DNA of 64,000 nucleotides from a virus (lineage: Duplodnaviria; Caudoviricetes), in IMG/VR virus record IMGVR_UViG_3300050119_000088, positions 47,972-111,971 of that record; one strand, given 5' to 3'. A program made the translations under genes and the position numbers. The first letter of the stretch is position 1. Every line of letters begins with the position of its first letter. The notes under the pieces were generated by a model, which had not been told where the DNA came from, ran no database searches, and worked only from the letters and a program-made list of their open reading frames with translations. Positions 55,827 to 64,000 of the stretch are shown here, in pieces.

Positions 55827-56252
55827 ATGAAATCATTATCTGAAAAAGAGAAAGCTGTTCTTGCAATGGCAATTGATTGCGAAGGACATATTTCTTTGTC
55901 ACTACATGAAAAGACTAAAAGAAATAGTTTTACTTGTAGTGTTGTTGTTAGAATCATGAATACAAATATTGATTTACTACACCACATACAATCAATGACA
56001 AGAATAGGTGTCGTTGATCCACAAACAAAGATTCCAAAACGAAAATTACAATACATTTGGAGACTTCGTACACACGAAATGGAAGATTTTCTTGAAGCAA
56101 TTAAAAATGATCTTGTAATCAAAAGAGATCAATGTGTAATTGCTCTTGAATATCTGACACGTGATTGGCAAAATCCGTTATCAGAAGATGATCTTCAGTT
56201 TCGTCGTGTTGCATTTTCTGAGATGCAAGAACTCAATCAGAAAGGAGATTAA
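55827..56252 (+). CDS. Free-standing LAGLIDADG endonuclease (copy 5), antisense
   Basis: LAMAIDCEGHI; GGGGAG RBS; stop overlaps the portal stop (TTAA). Confidence 0.88.
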   Translation: MKSLSEKEKAVLAMAIDCEGHISLSLHEKTKRNSFTCSVVVRIMNTNIDLLHHIQSMTRIGVVDPQTKIPKRKLQYIWRLRTHEMEDFLEAIKNDLVIKRDQCVIALEYLTRDWQNPLSEDDLQFRRVAFSEMQELNQKGD

Positions 56253-58105
56253 GGTGCAGCCTTCCCACGCTGCTTGTTGGTTACGGTGTCGTCGGTCGTA
56301 GTATCCGTTGAAGTCTTTTTCTCAGTTGAACCAGACTTGTTGTCTGCTCCCAAGTCTGGTACGCCTCTAGCTTGGGCTGTGTCTCCGGCGGCTGCTCCGA
56401 ATCCTTTGCCCACGGCTTGTGATGTTGCGATTCGAGCCAAGCGGTCAGCGTGATCAACCTTGGCTTTCTCGACTTCGCCCGGAGGATAGCCTCTCGCAGC
56501 GGAGGCTGTTTCGAGAGAAACGAGTCCTTCTTCGATATCGGAAGCAATGACAACTGGATCACCCATCACGACAGGAGCGGCGTCGATTTCTTTAAGTACC
56601 GTGAGAAGCTTCGGCGTCGGAACTTTCCCACGGAGCATGATTGTGGCAATCTGTTTTGCCATTTCACGCTGGTACGTCAGCGAAGGCATATTCGGCATGA
56701 GTTCCTGGAAGTCTTTGGCTGATTGGTGACGATCTTTATCGCTTGTGAGAGCATAATTTTCAGGATAAGCCACTGTAGCATTGGCTTTTCCTTCATAAAG
56801 TGCCCAATATTCCGCGATTTTACGTTCACCATGCTCCAAAGCCATCCCAATATATGACAAACCGCTCTCCAAAGTGGGATCTGGCACATCAATACCACCG
56901 CCAGATGTCTTCGGTTGGAGATTTTCAATAGTCAAATTAATAAGCTGACGAATTTCAGCCTTCAATTGTTGCTGCTTCGCCATTGAAGCAGTCATCGGCT
57001 CGGATGACGGATGTATAAACGCAGGACGTTCAACACCTATGGGATATTGACGACCACCCGTCGCTCCGACCTTAACTTCACGAACTTTTTCCTGGTACGA
57101 TGTTTCAGTTGAGAAAACATTACCAAAAGCATCAGGCGGAGTCTGTGTAGACGTTGCGGAACGCTCACCTTTGAGGTAAGGACTCTCAGAACGATTGTCA
57201 AATTGCTCTGTGTAAAATGGAAAATTGGCTTTTAGTGCATAATTCATGTCACTTGAGGCCAAATTCAACAATGCAATTTGATAATCTGCAACATCTGTGA
57301 GCAAGGAATCACTAATTTCAAAGAGAACAAATGGAATTCGTTTGATCGGTAGGACGATTTCATAATCATCCGTCTGATCACCAGTGATTGGGTCAATCGC
57401 ATTTCCATCAGTATCATAAAACAAACAGTGTACAAGATCGTCATCACCAATGAAAACATGACGGTAACGTGTGATTGTGCCAATCGGAAGTCCAGTCTCA
57501 ATATCCAGCTCATAATCTTCGTCTTGAAGTACAATTGATGTAAATTCATTGCTCAAAGCTGTGTTATCATACGTCCAAGAGCGAATAGATTCAGTACGAT
57601 AGAGATAAATATAGGGCTTTTTGTCGCCTTTGTGAGCGATTGTGGGACCACTGAGCGGTGGCATATCGACATAGACGCCGACACGAGACATGCTCAATAA
57701 TTCCGGAATAATATAACGCCCAATGAAACTGTTCATTGAGCTGCCCAACATATCAACACCACCATCAAGACCCTTGACGGCTCGTTGATATGTTGGGTCG
57801 CCACCCTCTCGGGTGACATCTACCATTCGCTGAAAAATACTGTTGCGAATATCGTTCAGTGCTGCTTTTGCGAATGCAGGACAATAAGTAATCTCTTTGC
57901 GGAGCTTGAAATCAACGTCATCTTCGCGTTTGGAGAGCTTTTTCAAATAAACTGCAGTAAAAGCTTCTCCGCCGATGTAGGTTAGACGCCATTTCCGCCA
58001 GAAATATTCTTGTCCAGTGTAGTAAGGATGCTTGAATTCACTCAATTTGAGTGTCGTCGAGCTACTTCCTCCACTAATCGGAACAGCACCATTGACAAAG
58101 GACAT
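56249..58105 (-). CDS. Portal protein
   Basis: Follows TerL; HPYY, YL....RE...DF..R, GVYVDMP, PYIY.Y..E.I..W, IPFV; start revised by AGGAAAG RBS. Confidence 0.85.
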   Translation of the reverse strand: MSFVNGAVPISGGSSSTTLKLSEFKHPYYTGQEYFWRKWRLTYIGGEAFTAVYLKKLSKREDDVDFKLRKEITYCPAFAKAALNDIRNSIFQRMVDVTREGGDPTYQRAVKGLDGGVDMLGSSMNSFIGRYIIPELLSMSRVGVYVDMPPLSGPTIAHKGDKKPYIYLYRTESIRSWTYDNTALSNEFTSIVLQDEDYELDIETGLPIGTITRYRHVFIGDDDLVHCLFYDTDGNAIDPITGDQTDDYEIVLPIKRIPFVLFEISDSLLTDVADYQIALLNLASSDMNYALKANFPFYTEQFDNRSESPYLKGERSATSTQTPPDAFGNVFSTETSYQEKVREVKVGATGGRQYPIGVERPAFIHPSSEPMTASMAKQQQLKAEIRQLINLTIENLQPKTSGGGIDVPDPTLESGLSYIGMALEHGERKIAEYWALYEGKANATVAYPENYALTSDKDRHQSAKDFQELMPNMPSLTYQREMAKQIATIMLRGKVPTPKLLTVLKEIDAAPVVMGDPVVIASDIEEGLVSLETASAARGYPPGEVEKAKVDHADRLARIATSQAVGKGFGAAAGDTAQARGVPDLGADNKSGSTEKKTSTDTTTDDTVTNKQRGKAAP

Positions 58106-58351
58106 ATTTGCTTTCCTAATCAATACTGAGAACCACCCAAAGCCCATTTGTCTGACATTGGGCGGATTTGGGTTGATCAAAGAGTTTAAGCCATTCTTCG
58201 GCTGTCCACGTCTTGATCCTGGCTGGAAACCCGTTAACCAGCCATTTGGTTTCGTTGTCTTGCGGCTCCATCGCCGGTTTCTCTTCACCGTACACTAGAG
58301 ACAACATCGTCTCGTCCTGATTGTGCTAATCCGTGATCTCTGACGCGAATA

Positions 58352-60025
58352 TTACATAATATTGTTGGGCATATCCCGAGACTTACCAAGAGCTACTGCG
58401 AGCGGCATTGCGATTTCTGAATAATTACGTGCATGAGCATAGTGGTCATCGATTGCAGGAGCCTTCACATACCGCCCGATCGGGTTTCCTTCTTTGTCTT
58501 TTTCGTAAACACGCACAAGCGCTTTAAGATGGCCACGGTACTCAAGATCAATATCCAGAGGTAGAGAAATGGATCTTCGAGGCCCATGATATCTACCAAG
58601 AGACAGATCGAGCCAGCTTGTGCGATCAACATCGACCGCAGGCTCCGTATCATCTTTAAGCTTGATTTGTTTGCCTGTAACACCTTGTGCGTAAAAACAT
58701 AGGCGAACTTTACCCCAAAACCGACAAGCAAATTCATAAGCTTTGCGTCGCTCAGGATTTGCATCAATAACGCAGAAGTTGATGCCCCACTGTGTCATCA
58801 AGAGATCGAGTTCATCAAAATTACGCACCTTACCGAATTTGACTGTACGACAACGAGATAGGACACTAATATCTGCACCTGATACGTTACTTGGGAGGAA
58901 CCATTCATCAATGTGGTAGTGAAGCCATGTTCCGACATCAACACCCATTGTAGTTACATTTGGCGTGATAACATCACCATTCTTATGGCTACCACGACAT
59001 GCATCGAGATCGGCATCTGTAATCCGGGCACCTTCAACTGCATGTGGCAATCCGAGTTTCGAGTTATAGAATTCTTGCTCGGCTGCCTTGTCACTTAAAG
59101 ATTCAAGATACAACTTTGCGATTTCACCAGGTGATACTGTGCAACTATAGAGCTGATTAATGTACCAGCCTTCAGTATCTCGCCCGGTGTGGCCAGGTTG
59201 CCAAATTCCTTTGGCAAGAAAGTCAGTCTTAGCAGCATGTTCAAGAATATGCTGGCAATTCGGACAAATCAGATGCGACTGGTGTATCTGTTGATTGTTA
59301 GGATCATCGCCAACTATGACTAATGATTTCGGAAACGTGAGTTCAACATGGCGGCTGCAATGAGGACAAGGAAAGAAAAAATGATTTTGAGTAGAAGCGT
59401 TGAATTCTTTGTTAATGCCATAGTTTTCAATCGTTGCTGTGGAAATCATCCAAAGAGCTTTTTCGACTTGTCCTGAAGAACGTTCCTTGACTAGAGGAAT
59501 ATTCTCCTGTGTCATTTCATCTAGCTCATCTAGAATGATGAGTCCAACCGGAACGGACTTCAAACCAGAACGGGAGCGTGAACCGCGTATGAAGAGATTG
59601 TTTGTACCGGCTCTTTTGTGACCAATGTTTTTCACTTCGGAAAACATATTCGACAAATGCGGCGATAGTTCCAAGGCTGGATCGAATCGTGAAGCAGAGA
59701 AATCCGAAGCATCAGGCGTTTTTGCTGGAAGAATATAAAGACAGTCAACGCCCTTTTGATCAATATTGTAGAATGTAACATTCAAGACGGTTTCAGTGTA
59801 TCCCATCTGAGCAGACTTCTGGCCTACATTAACCTCGGCTTCAGAATCATGCATAGCACGAAGCCAAGGATGATGCTTAAAGGTCCAGGCACCCGGATAA
59901 GGTTTTCCCATGACTCGGCAAGCACAAGCCCAACGTGAGCATTTACTCAGGGATTTACGTTTAAGTCCCTCATTAATGCGTTGGGCCATCAAAATGGCTA
60001 AGTCATGCATAGATTGGCCAATCAA
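58352..60025 (-). CDS. terL: Terminase large subunit (lambda GpA-like)
   Basis: KSAQMGYTE, ILDELD, IST, CPHC/CPNC, LGLP, MGVDVG, DHYAHA. Confidence 0.92.
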   Translation of the reverse strand: MIGQSMHDLAILMAQRINEGLKRKSLSKCSRWACACRVMGKPYPGAWTFKHHPWLRAMHDSEAEVNVGQKSAQMGYTETVLNVTFYNIDQKGVDCLYILPAKTPDASDFSASRFDPALELSPHLSNMFSEVKNIGHKRAGTNNLFIRGSRSRSGLKSVPVGLIILDELDEMTQENIPLVKERSSGQVEKALWMISTATIENYGINKEFNASTQNHFFFPCPHCSRHVELTFPKSLVIVGDDPNNQQIHQSHLICPNCQHILEHAAKTDFLAKGIWQPGHTGRDTEGWYINQLYSCTVSPGEIAKLYLESLSDKAAEQEFYNSKLGLPHAVEGARITDADLDACRGSHKNGDVITPNVTTMGVDVGTWLHYHIDEWFLPSNVSGADISVLSRCRTVKFGKVRNFDELDLLMTQWGINFCVIDANPERRKAYEFACRFWGKVRLCFYAQGVTGKQIKLKDDTEPAVDVDRTSWLDLSLGRYHGPRRSISLPLDIDLEYRGHLKALVRVYEKDKEGNPIGRYVKAPAIDDHYAHARNYSEIAMPLAVALGKSRDMPNNIM

Positions 60026-60033
60026 ATAAAGTG

Positions 60034-60098
60034 CTCTCCGCCCAACGCGTTGGGCGAAGAGCCCAAGTACGGCGAACTTTGGGGTAATCCAAAGTTCG
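60034..60098 (-). promoter_or_regulatory. Two hairpins immediately upstream of terL
   Basis: CGCCCAACGCGTTGGGCG palindrome and CGAACTTTGG/CCAAAGTTCG. Confidence 0.55.
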
Positions 60099-60099
60099 A

Positions 60100-60327
60100 T
60101 TATCGAATACTACCCTTGACCCGAGGCTGATCGATGGAAGGCGTAATGTTGTTGCCATACACATCGACATTGCTCACAGGAGGAATGTACAGCATCGGTT
60201 GGCTCATCGGCTGCTTTTTGAGATCATTTGTCTCTTTAGCAGTGTTGTTTGAGCCATTCGGCTGGATAACGGTGACGCCTTGGACGCCAATGTTTCCGCC
60301 TTCGAGCCCTTCACCATGTGAGTTCAT
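60100..60327 (-). CDS. Hypothetical protein
   Basis: ORF in operon. Confidence 0.5.
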   Translation of the reverse strand: MNSHGEGLEGGNIGVQGVTVIQPNGSNNTAKETNDLKKQPMSQPMLYIPPVSNVDVYGNNITPSIDQPRVKGSIR

Positions 60328-60352
60328 GTTACCTTGATTGCTCCGTTAAAGG

Positions 60353-60541
60353 TCAGCCGCCCTTGCCGGGTGCGGTGTTCGGGGTGGTGGACGACGAGTT
60401 GTTCGGATTTCCGTTGGCTGGAATGTTGGCCACACTGACCACACCCGGAACATAGCCACTGTTGGGCTGATCCGCCGTGCCGCCAGTCTTGGCAGGTTGA
60501 ACGACGTTCTGAGCAACACCTTCACCGATCTGTTGAGTCAT
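60353..60541 (-). CDS. Hypothetical low-complexity protein
   Basis: GAGGAG RBS before MTQQ. Confidence 0.55.
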   Translation of the reverse strand: MTQQIGEGVAQNVVQPAKTGGTADQPNSGYVPGVVSVANIPANGNPNNSSSTTPNTAPGKGG

Positions 60542-60569
60542 GATTCTCTCCTCCTCTAAGGGCCTTAAG

Positions 60570-60989
60570 ATGCTCCATCTTACTGAATGCAAGCGAGAAG
60601 TCTTGGCAATGGCTATTGATTGCGAAGGCTGGATTGCCTTTGCATGTAATAAGAAGCAAAACTACAATATAGTTGCATTAGTTGGAATTTCAAATACAAA
60701 GATCAAACTCTTGAGGCATATTCAAGACATGACAGGAATTGGATCTATTGGTCCCAAACCTAAGCCCAAAGGAAAACGGGCTCAAGGATACCAATGGAAT
60801 TTACGTTCATACGAAATGAGAGCATTTCTTGAAGCAATTCAGCCGTATTTGATTATCAAATCAGAACAGTGTGAACTTGCTTTGAAATTTCTAAAATACG
60901 GATGGAGCAGACCGTTGAATACTGAAGATATTAATCTTCGAGAGGAATGGGCTGAAAAGATGATTGCACTCAATGAGCGTGGAGCTTAA
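60570..60989 (+). CDS. Free-standing LAGLIDADG endonuclease (copy 6), antisense
   Basis: LAMAIDCEGWI; stop overlaps the convergent stop (TTAA). Confidence 0.88.
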   Translation: MLHLTECKREVLAMAIDCEGWIAFACNKKQNYNIVALVGISNTKIKLLRHIQDMTGIGSIGPKPKPKGKRAQGYQWNLRSYEMRAFLEAIQPYLIIKSEQCELALKFLKYGWSRPLNTEDINLREEWAEKMIALNERGA

Positions 60990-61525
60990 TCAAGCTCAGG
61001 CTTCAAATTGAGGATTGCTCTTGCAATCTTGTTGCTGATCGCATCAATGGCGTTTTCGTCCTTGACTTCCTCGCTAATGATTGCGACGATCTGTGTAGCG
61101 AGACTCAAGGCACTGCTCTTATCAAGTAACATGCCCAGATTTGATTCGAGTTTGTTACACGAGGTAACAAGTTTCTCGATTTTCATAAGCATGTCAGAGA
61201 TTTTGCCGCTATATAAGAGTAATTCACCTTGCGACTTACAAGAGGTGATTACATTCTCTAAAACGACACGAGCAATTCCGATTTCTTCACGTAGCGACTT
61301 AACGCCATCATGATCAGTGAATTCGTTAGCTCGAGTTTGCCATTGTGCAAGATGATAGCCGCGAATGATTTTCTTTTGGGCTACTTCTTGGGCTCGATTA
61401 CCGCCATGCATAGGGCAATATGAAGAACCTTCAGCCGCTTTGTAGGGACACTGACCATTCGTGTATGATGACTGACAGCGGCGAGGATCACTTTCTTCTA
61501 CTCGCTCAAATTTGGATTCTATCAT
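60986..61525 (-). CDS. Putative terminase small subunit
   Basis: RC......QC........CPMHGG zinc motif, SLREEIGIAR; upstream of terL. Confidence 0.62.
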   Translation of the reverse strand: MIESKFERVEESDPRRCQSSYTNGQCPYKAAEGSSYCPMHGGNRAQEVAQKKIIRGYHLAQWQTRANEFTDHDGVKSLREEIGIARVVLENVITSCKSQGELLLYSGKISDMLMKIEKLVTSCNKLESNLGMLLDKSSALSLATQIVAIISEEVKDENAIDAISNKIARAILNLKPELD

Positions 61526-61619
61526 TTGTGGGTCTGCTTATAAGTTAACCAGACTGGAACACCAAGGTAATGTTCCAGTCTGGGAGATAGCATCAGAGGA
61601 GATGATGCTACCGTCGATC

Positions 61620-62414
61620 TCAGATATTTTCAGCAAGCAGTGTGAGTGCCCACTTAACGAGAGCGAGCCAGGGAACCGGAGCCAGCTTGGCGAAGCCCGC
61701 AGCGTTGCGGTCACTGACGATAGTATTGAGATGTGAGAGAGCTTGCTCATCATCAAGAGCAGCCATTGGCTGGGGAATAACTTGACCAGCCTCGTCGAGT
61801 TGGCCGCCAGGCTGATTGCTGTTCGGACGCCGAGGATCGATTGGAAGATTCGGTGCGTCGGGATCGAGTCCAGGAGCATGGGCAGGAGCCAACGGTGCAG
61901 CCATTGGATTGTCGGGATTGGCGACGGGGAGTTCTGGATTGTGATGAACAGGATGCTGTTCACCTTCAGTGTGCTCGCCTTCAGCGTGCTCGCCTTCAGC
62001 GTGCTCGCCTTCAGGCTTGTGCTCGCCTTCAGGCTTGTGCTCGCCTTCAGGCTTGTGCTCTTCGGTGCCGACGTTCCGAGCAAGATGGTCAGACTGAATG
62101 TGCCCACCCTCCTCATTGCCGGAAGGAGCTTTGTCTTGAGCAAGTGTCGAGACTTGTGGCTCGTTGCCTGTAGTAACCGGTTTGACCAAAGTGTCCGGAG
62201 CGCGAACATCCTTTGGTGTACCTGCCGGACGCTTGGAATCCACCGCCGGCAAAGCAGGAAGGCTTTCGCCAAGCGATGACTTGAGCCCGTATCCCACGAT
62301 GTTCCACAGTGACTCGGCTGTGGCGGGCAAAGATGTTTTGAGATTGCCTGCTTTGATTGCCGCAATCACTGTCACTACTGAATCAGTAGGTAGTTCCGCA
62401 GGATACCTAACCAT
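61620..62414 (-). CDS. Hypothetical protein with HKPEGE/HAEGE repeats and amphipathic C-terminus
   Basis: 18-bp and 15-bp tandem repeats at ~61960-62062; first gene after promoter copy 4. Confidence 0.7.
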   Translation of the reverse strand: MVRYPAELPTDSVVTVIAAIKAGNLKTSLPATAESLWNIVGYGLKSSLGESLPALPAVDSKRPAGTPKDVRAPDTLVKPVTTGNEPQVSTLAQDKAPSGNEEGGHIQSDHLARNVGTEEHKPEGEHKPEGEHKPEGEHAEGEHAEGEHTEGEQHPVHHNPELPVANPDNPMAAPLAPAHAPGLDPDAPNLPIDPRRPNSNQPGGQLDEAGQVIPQPMAALDDEQALSHLNTIVSDRNAAGFAKLAPVPWLALVKWALTLLAENI

Positions 62415-62477
62415 CGTGGTTGGCTCGTTTTTGGACCAAAGTTATGCCAACGTCAACGCCCTAGATGACGACAAGGC

Positions 62478-62507
62478 ATATTACGGCAATGAGGCAGGAT
62501 TTTGAAG
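62478..62507 (-). promoter_or_regulatory. Conserved phage promoter copy 4 (TTCAAA-17-TAATAT)
   Basis: Repeated motif; heads the morphogenesis operon. Confidence 0.75.
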
Positions 62508-62620
62508 TATACTTTTTTTTGGACCGAAAAGCGGCCCACTACTCTTAGAATCAAGTATTATTTGATTTTAAGAATCAGTTCTGCAAGCCAAGCTGTGTTG
62601 AATAAAATAAAATATTTTGC

Positions 62621-62649
62621 TTGACATTCATGATTGTTTATGTTACAAT
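62621..62649 (+). promoter_or_regulatory. Near-consensus sigma70 promoter
   Basis: TTGACA-17-TACAAT with extended TG and AT-rich upstream element. Confidence 0.8.
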
Positions 62650-62694
62650 GGAAGTAGGACCGAATTCTTTATTGATTGGATTGGAGCTTTGATT

Positions 62695-63219
62695 ATGCAA
62701 TCACTCACCTGCTGCCAGAAGACCACACTTGCAATGGCTGTTGATTGTGAAGGTTGCTTGTCTCTTTGTTATGTGGGAAGAAAAGCACAAACATATACGT
62801 GTACTGTTAGTGTTGGTATTTCAAATTCAAATTTGGAGTTTCTTGAATATTTGCAAGATATGGTTGGCTATGGTACAATTAGTCCTTTTGGAAAAGTTGA
62901 TGGTTGGAAACAAGTCTACAATTGGAGAATTGGATTGGACAATCAAATTATGTTTCTTGAGGCAATTGAAAAGAACCTCATTATCAAATGGGAACAATGT
63001 CGTATTCTCTTGGAGTATTTGAAACGTGATTGGGAAGATCCCTTGTCACATGACGATATTCGCCAGAAAATGTATTGGGTGAAGAAAATTTGCGAGGTGA
63101 AAAAATTTAAAAAAAAAATTGAAAAGTCGATTTCAGATTTTGAAAATCCGAAAATCGATTTTGAGAATCTTTGTGAAATTGCCACAAAATATTTCGGATT
63201 GAAAATCCCGGAGTTCTGA
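62695..63219 (+). CDS. Free-standing LAGLIDADG endonuclease (copy 7) with aberrant C-terminal extension
   Basis: LAMAVDCEGCL, ISNSN, FLEAI, W..PLS; GGAG RBS. Confidence 0.85.
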   Translation: MQSLTCCQKTTLAMAVDCEGCLSLCYVGRKAQTYTCTVSVGISNSNLEFLEYLQDMVGYGTISPFGKVDGWKQVYNWRIGLDNQIMFLEAIEKNLIIKWEQCRILLEYLKRDWEDPLSHDDIRQKMYWVKKICEVKKFKKKIEKSISDFENPKIDFENLCEIATKYFGLKIPEF

Positions 63220-63253
63220 GCCGGGTAGGGGCACCCACACATAAAGAATTGAT

Positions 63254-64000
63254 CATATGTAGGGCCTTTCATATCTGACCCTGCACATATGTCGAAAACA
63301 CACATATGTTGCGTGTTACATATGTTAGGCCGCACATATGTTGTGAACTACATATGTGTCGGGGTTCATATGTGCCTCGATACATATGTGCCTCGCCACA
63401 TATGTATCACCGCACATATGTGGTGTACTACATATGTACCTCGATACATATGTGTAGCCGCACATATGTGATGTACTACATATGTACGACGACACATATG
63501 TAGTGTGTTACATATGTGGCGAGCTACATATGATCGTGCAATCATATGATCGCGGCCACATATGTGGGCAAGTACATATGTACCATGACACATATGTGCA
63601 GCGGCACATATGTAATGTACTACATATGTGTGCTGCTACATATGTGGTAGACTACATATAAGTGAGAGTACATATGTGTGCTGCTACATATGATTTTAAA
63701 ATCATATGTGGTAGCGTACATATGTGGTGTACTACATATGTGGTGTACTACATATGTGGTGTACTACATATGTGTGGCGATACATATGATTGCACAATCA
63801 TATCGCCGCCCGCACATATGTGTCGTCGTACATATGTAGTTGATTACATATGTAGTACCATACATATGTGCTGTGCTACATATGTGCTGTGCTACATATG
63901 TAGTACATATCATATGTAGTATACTACATATATAATATAATACATATGTAGCATGCTACATATGTATTATATTATATATGTATTATACTACATATGATAT
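63254..64000. repeat. Array of ACATATGT palindromes with variable ~8-bp spacers, ~16-bp period, continuing off-window
   Basis: About 42 perfect CATATG plus ~5 variants by manual count in ~750 bp. Confidence 0.97.

Noticed and set aside
58106-58288. N-terminal extension of the portal ORF
   Set aside because: A better RBS precedes ATG 58105; the extension looks non-conserved
8713-60989. LAGLIDADG genes as intron- or intein-encoded
   Set aside because: They abut or overlap neighbouring start and stop codons, leaving no room for ribozyme sequence, and flanking genes look complete
63289-63919. ORFs inside the CATATG array
   Set aside because: H-M-C/Y-I-C periodic translations are by-products of the repeat
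63254-64000. CRISPR array
   Set aside because: Repeat (8 bp) and spacers (~8 bp) are far too short, spacers recur, and no cas genes are present

Overview
This window is a 64-kb segment of a tailed dsDNA phage genome, siphovirus-like, with a 1692-aa tape measure protein and no sheath gene. Left arm (1-15.6 kb, minus strand): class II ribonucleotide reductase running off the window edge, RNase H, HNH nuclease, a tandem VRR-NUC nuclease, family A DNA polymerase, two ParB-like proteins, an SNF2 helicase and a degenerate ThyX-like protein. Middle (16.1-25.7 kb, plus strand): primase-helicase, a C39-like peptidase, a DUF5664-like diphosphohydrolase, an HNH-Dam methyltransferase fusion and a DEDDh exonuclease. 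Right arm (25.7-62.4 kb, minus strand): the virion morphogenesis operon. Four observations stand out. (1) A ~1.5-kb densely structured non-coding region (12130-13625) holds five tRNA-like modules, none with a normal anticodon loop, including one nested inside another. (2) Seven related free-standing LAGLIDADG genes sit at gene junctions, two with duplicated host-gene ends. (3) An array of about 42 CATATG palindromes at ~16-bp period runs to the right edge. (4) A 30-bp promoter motif is repeated four times. All calls come from manual reading and motif recognition; no searches or folding programs were run.
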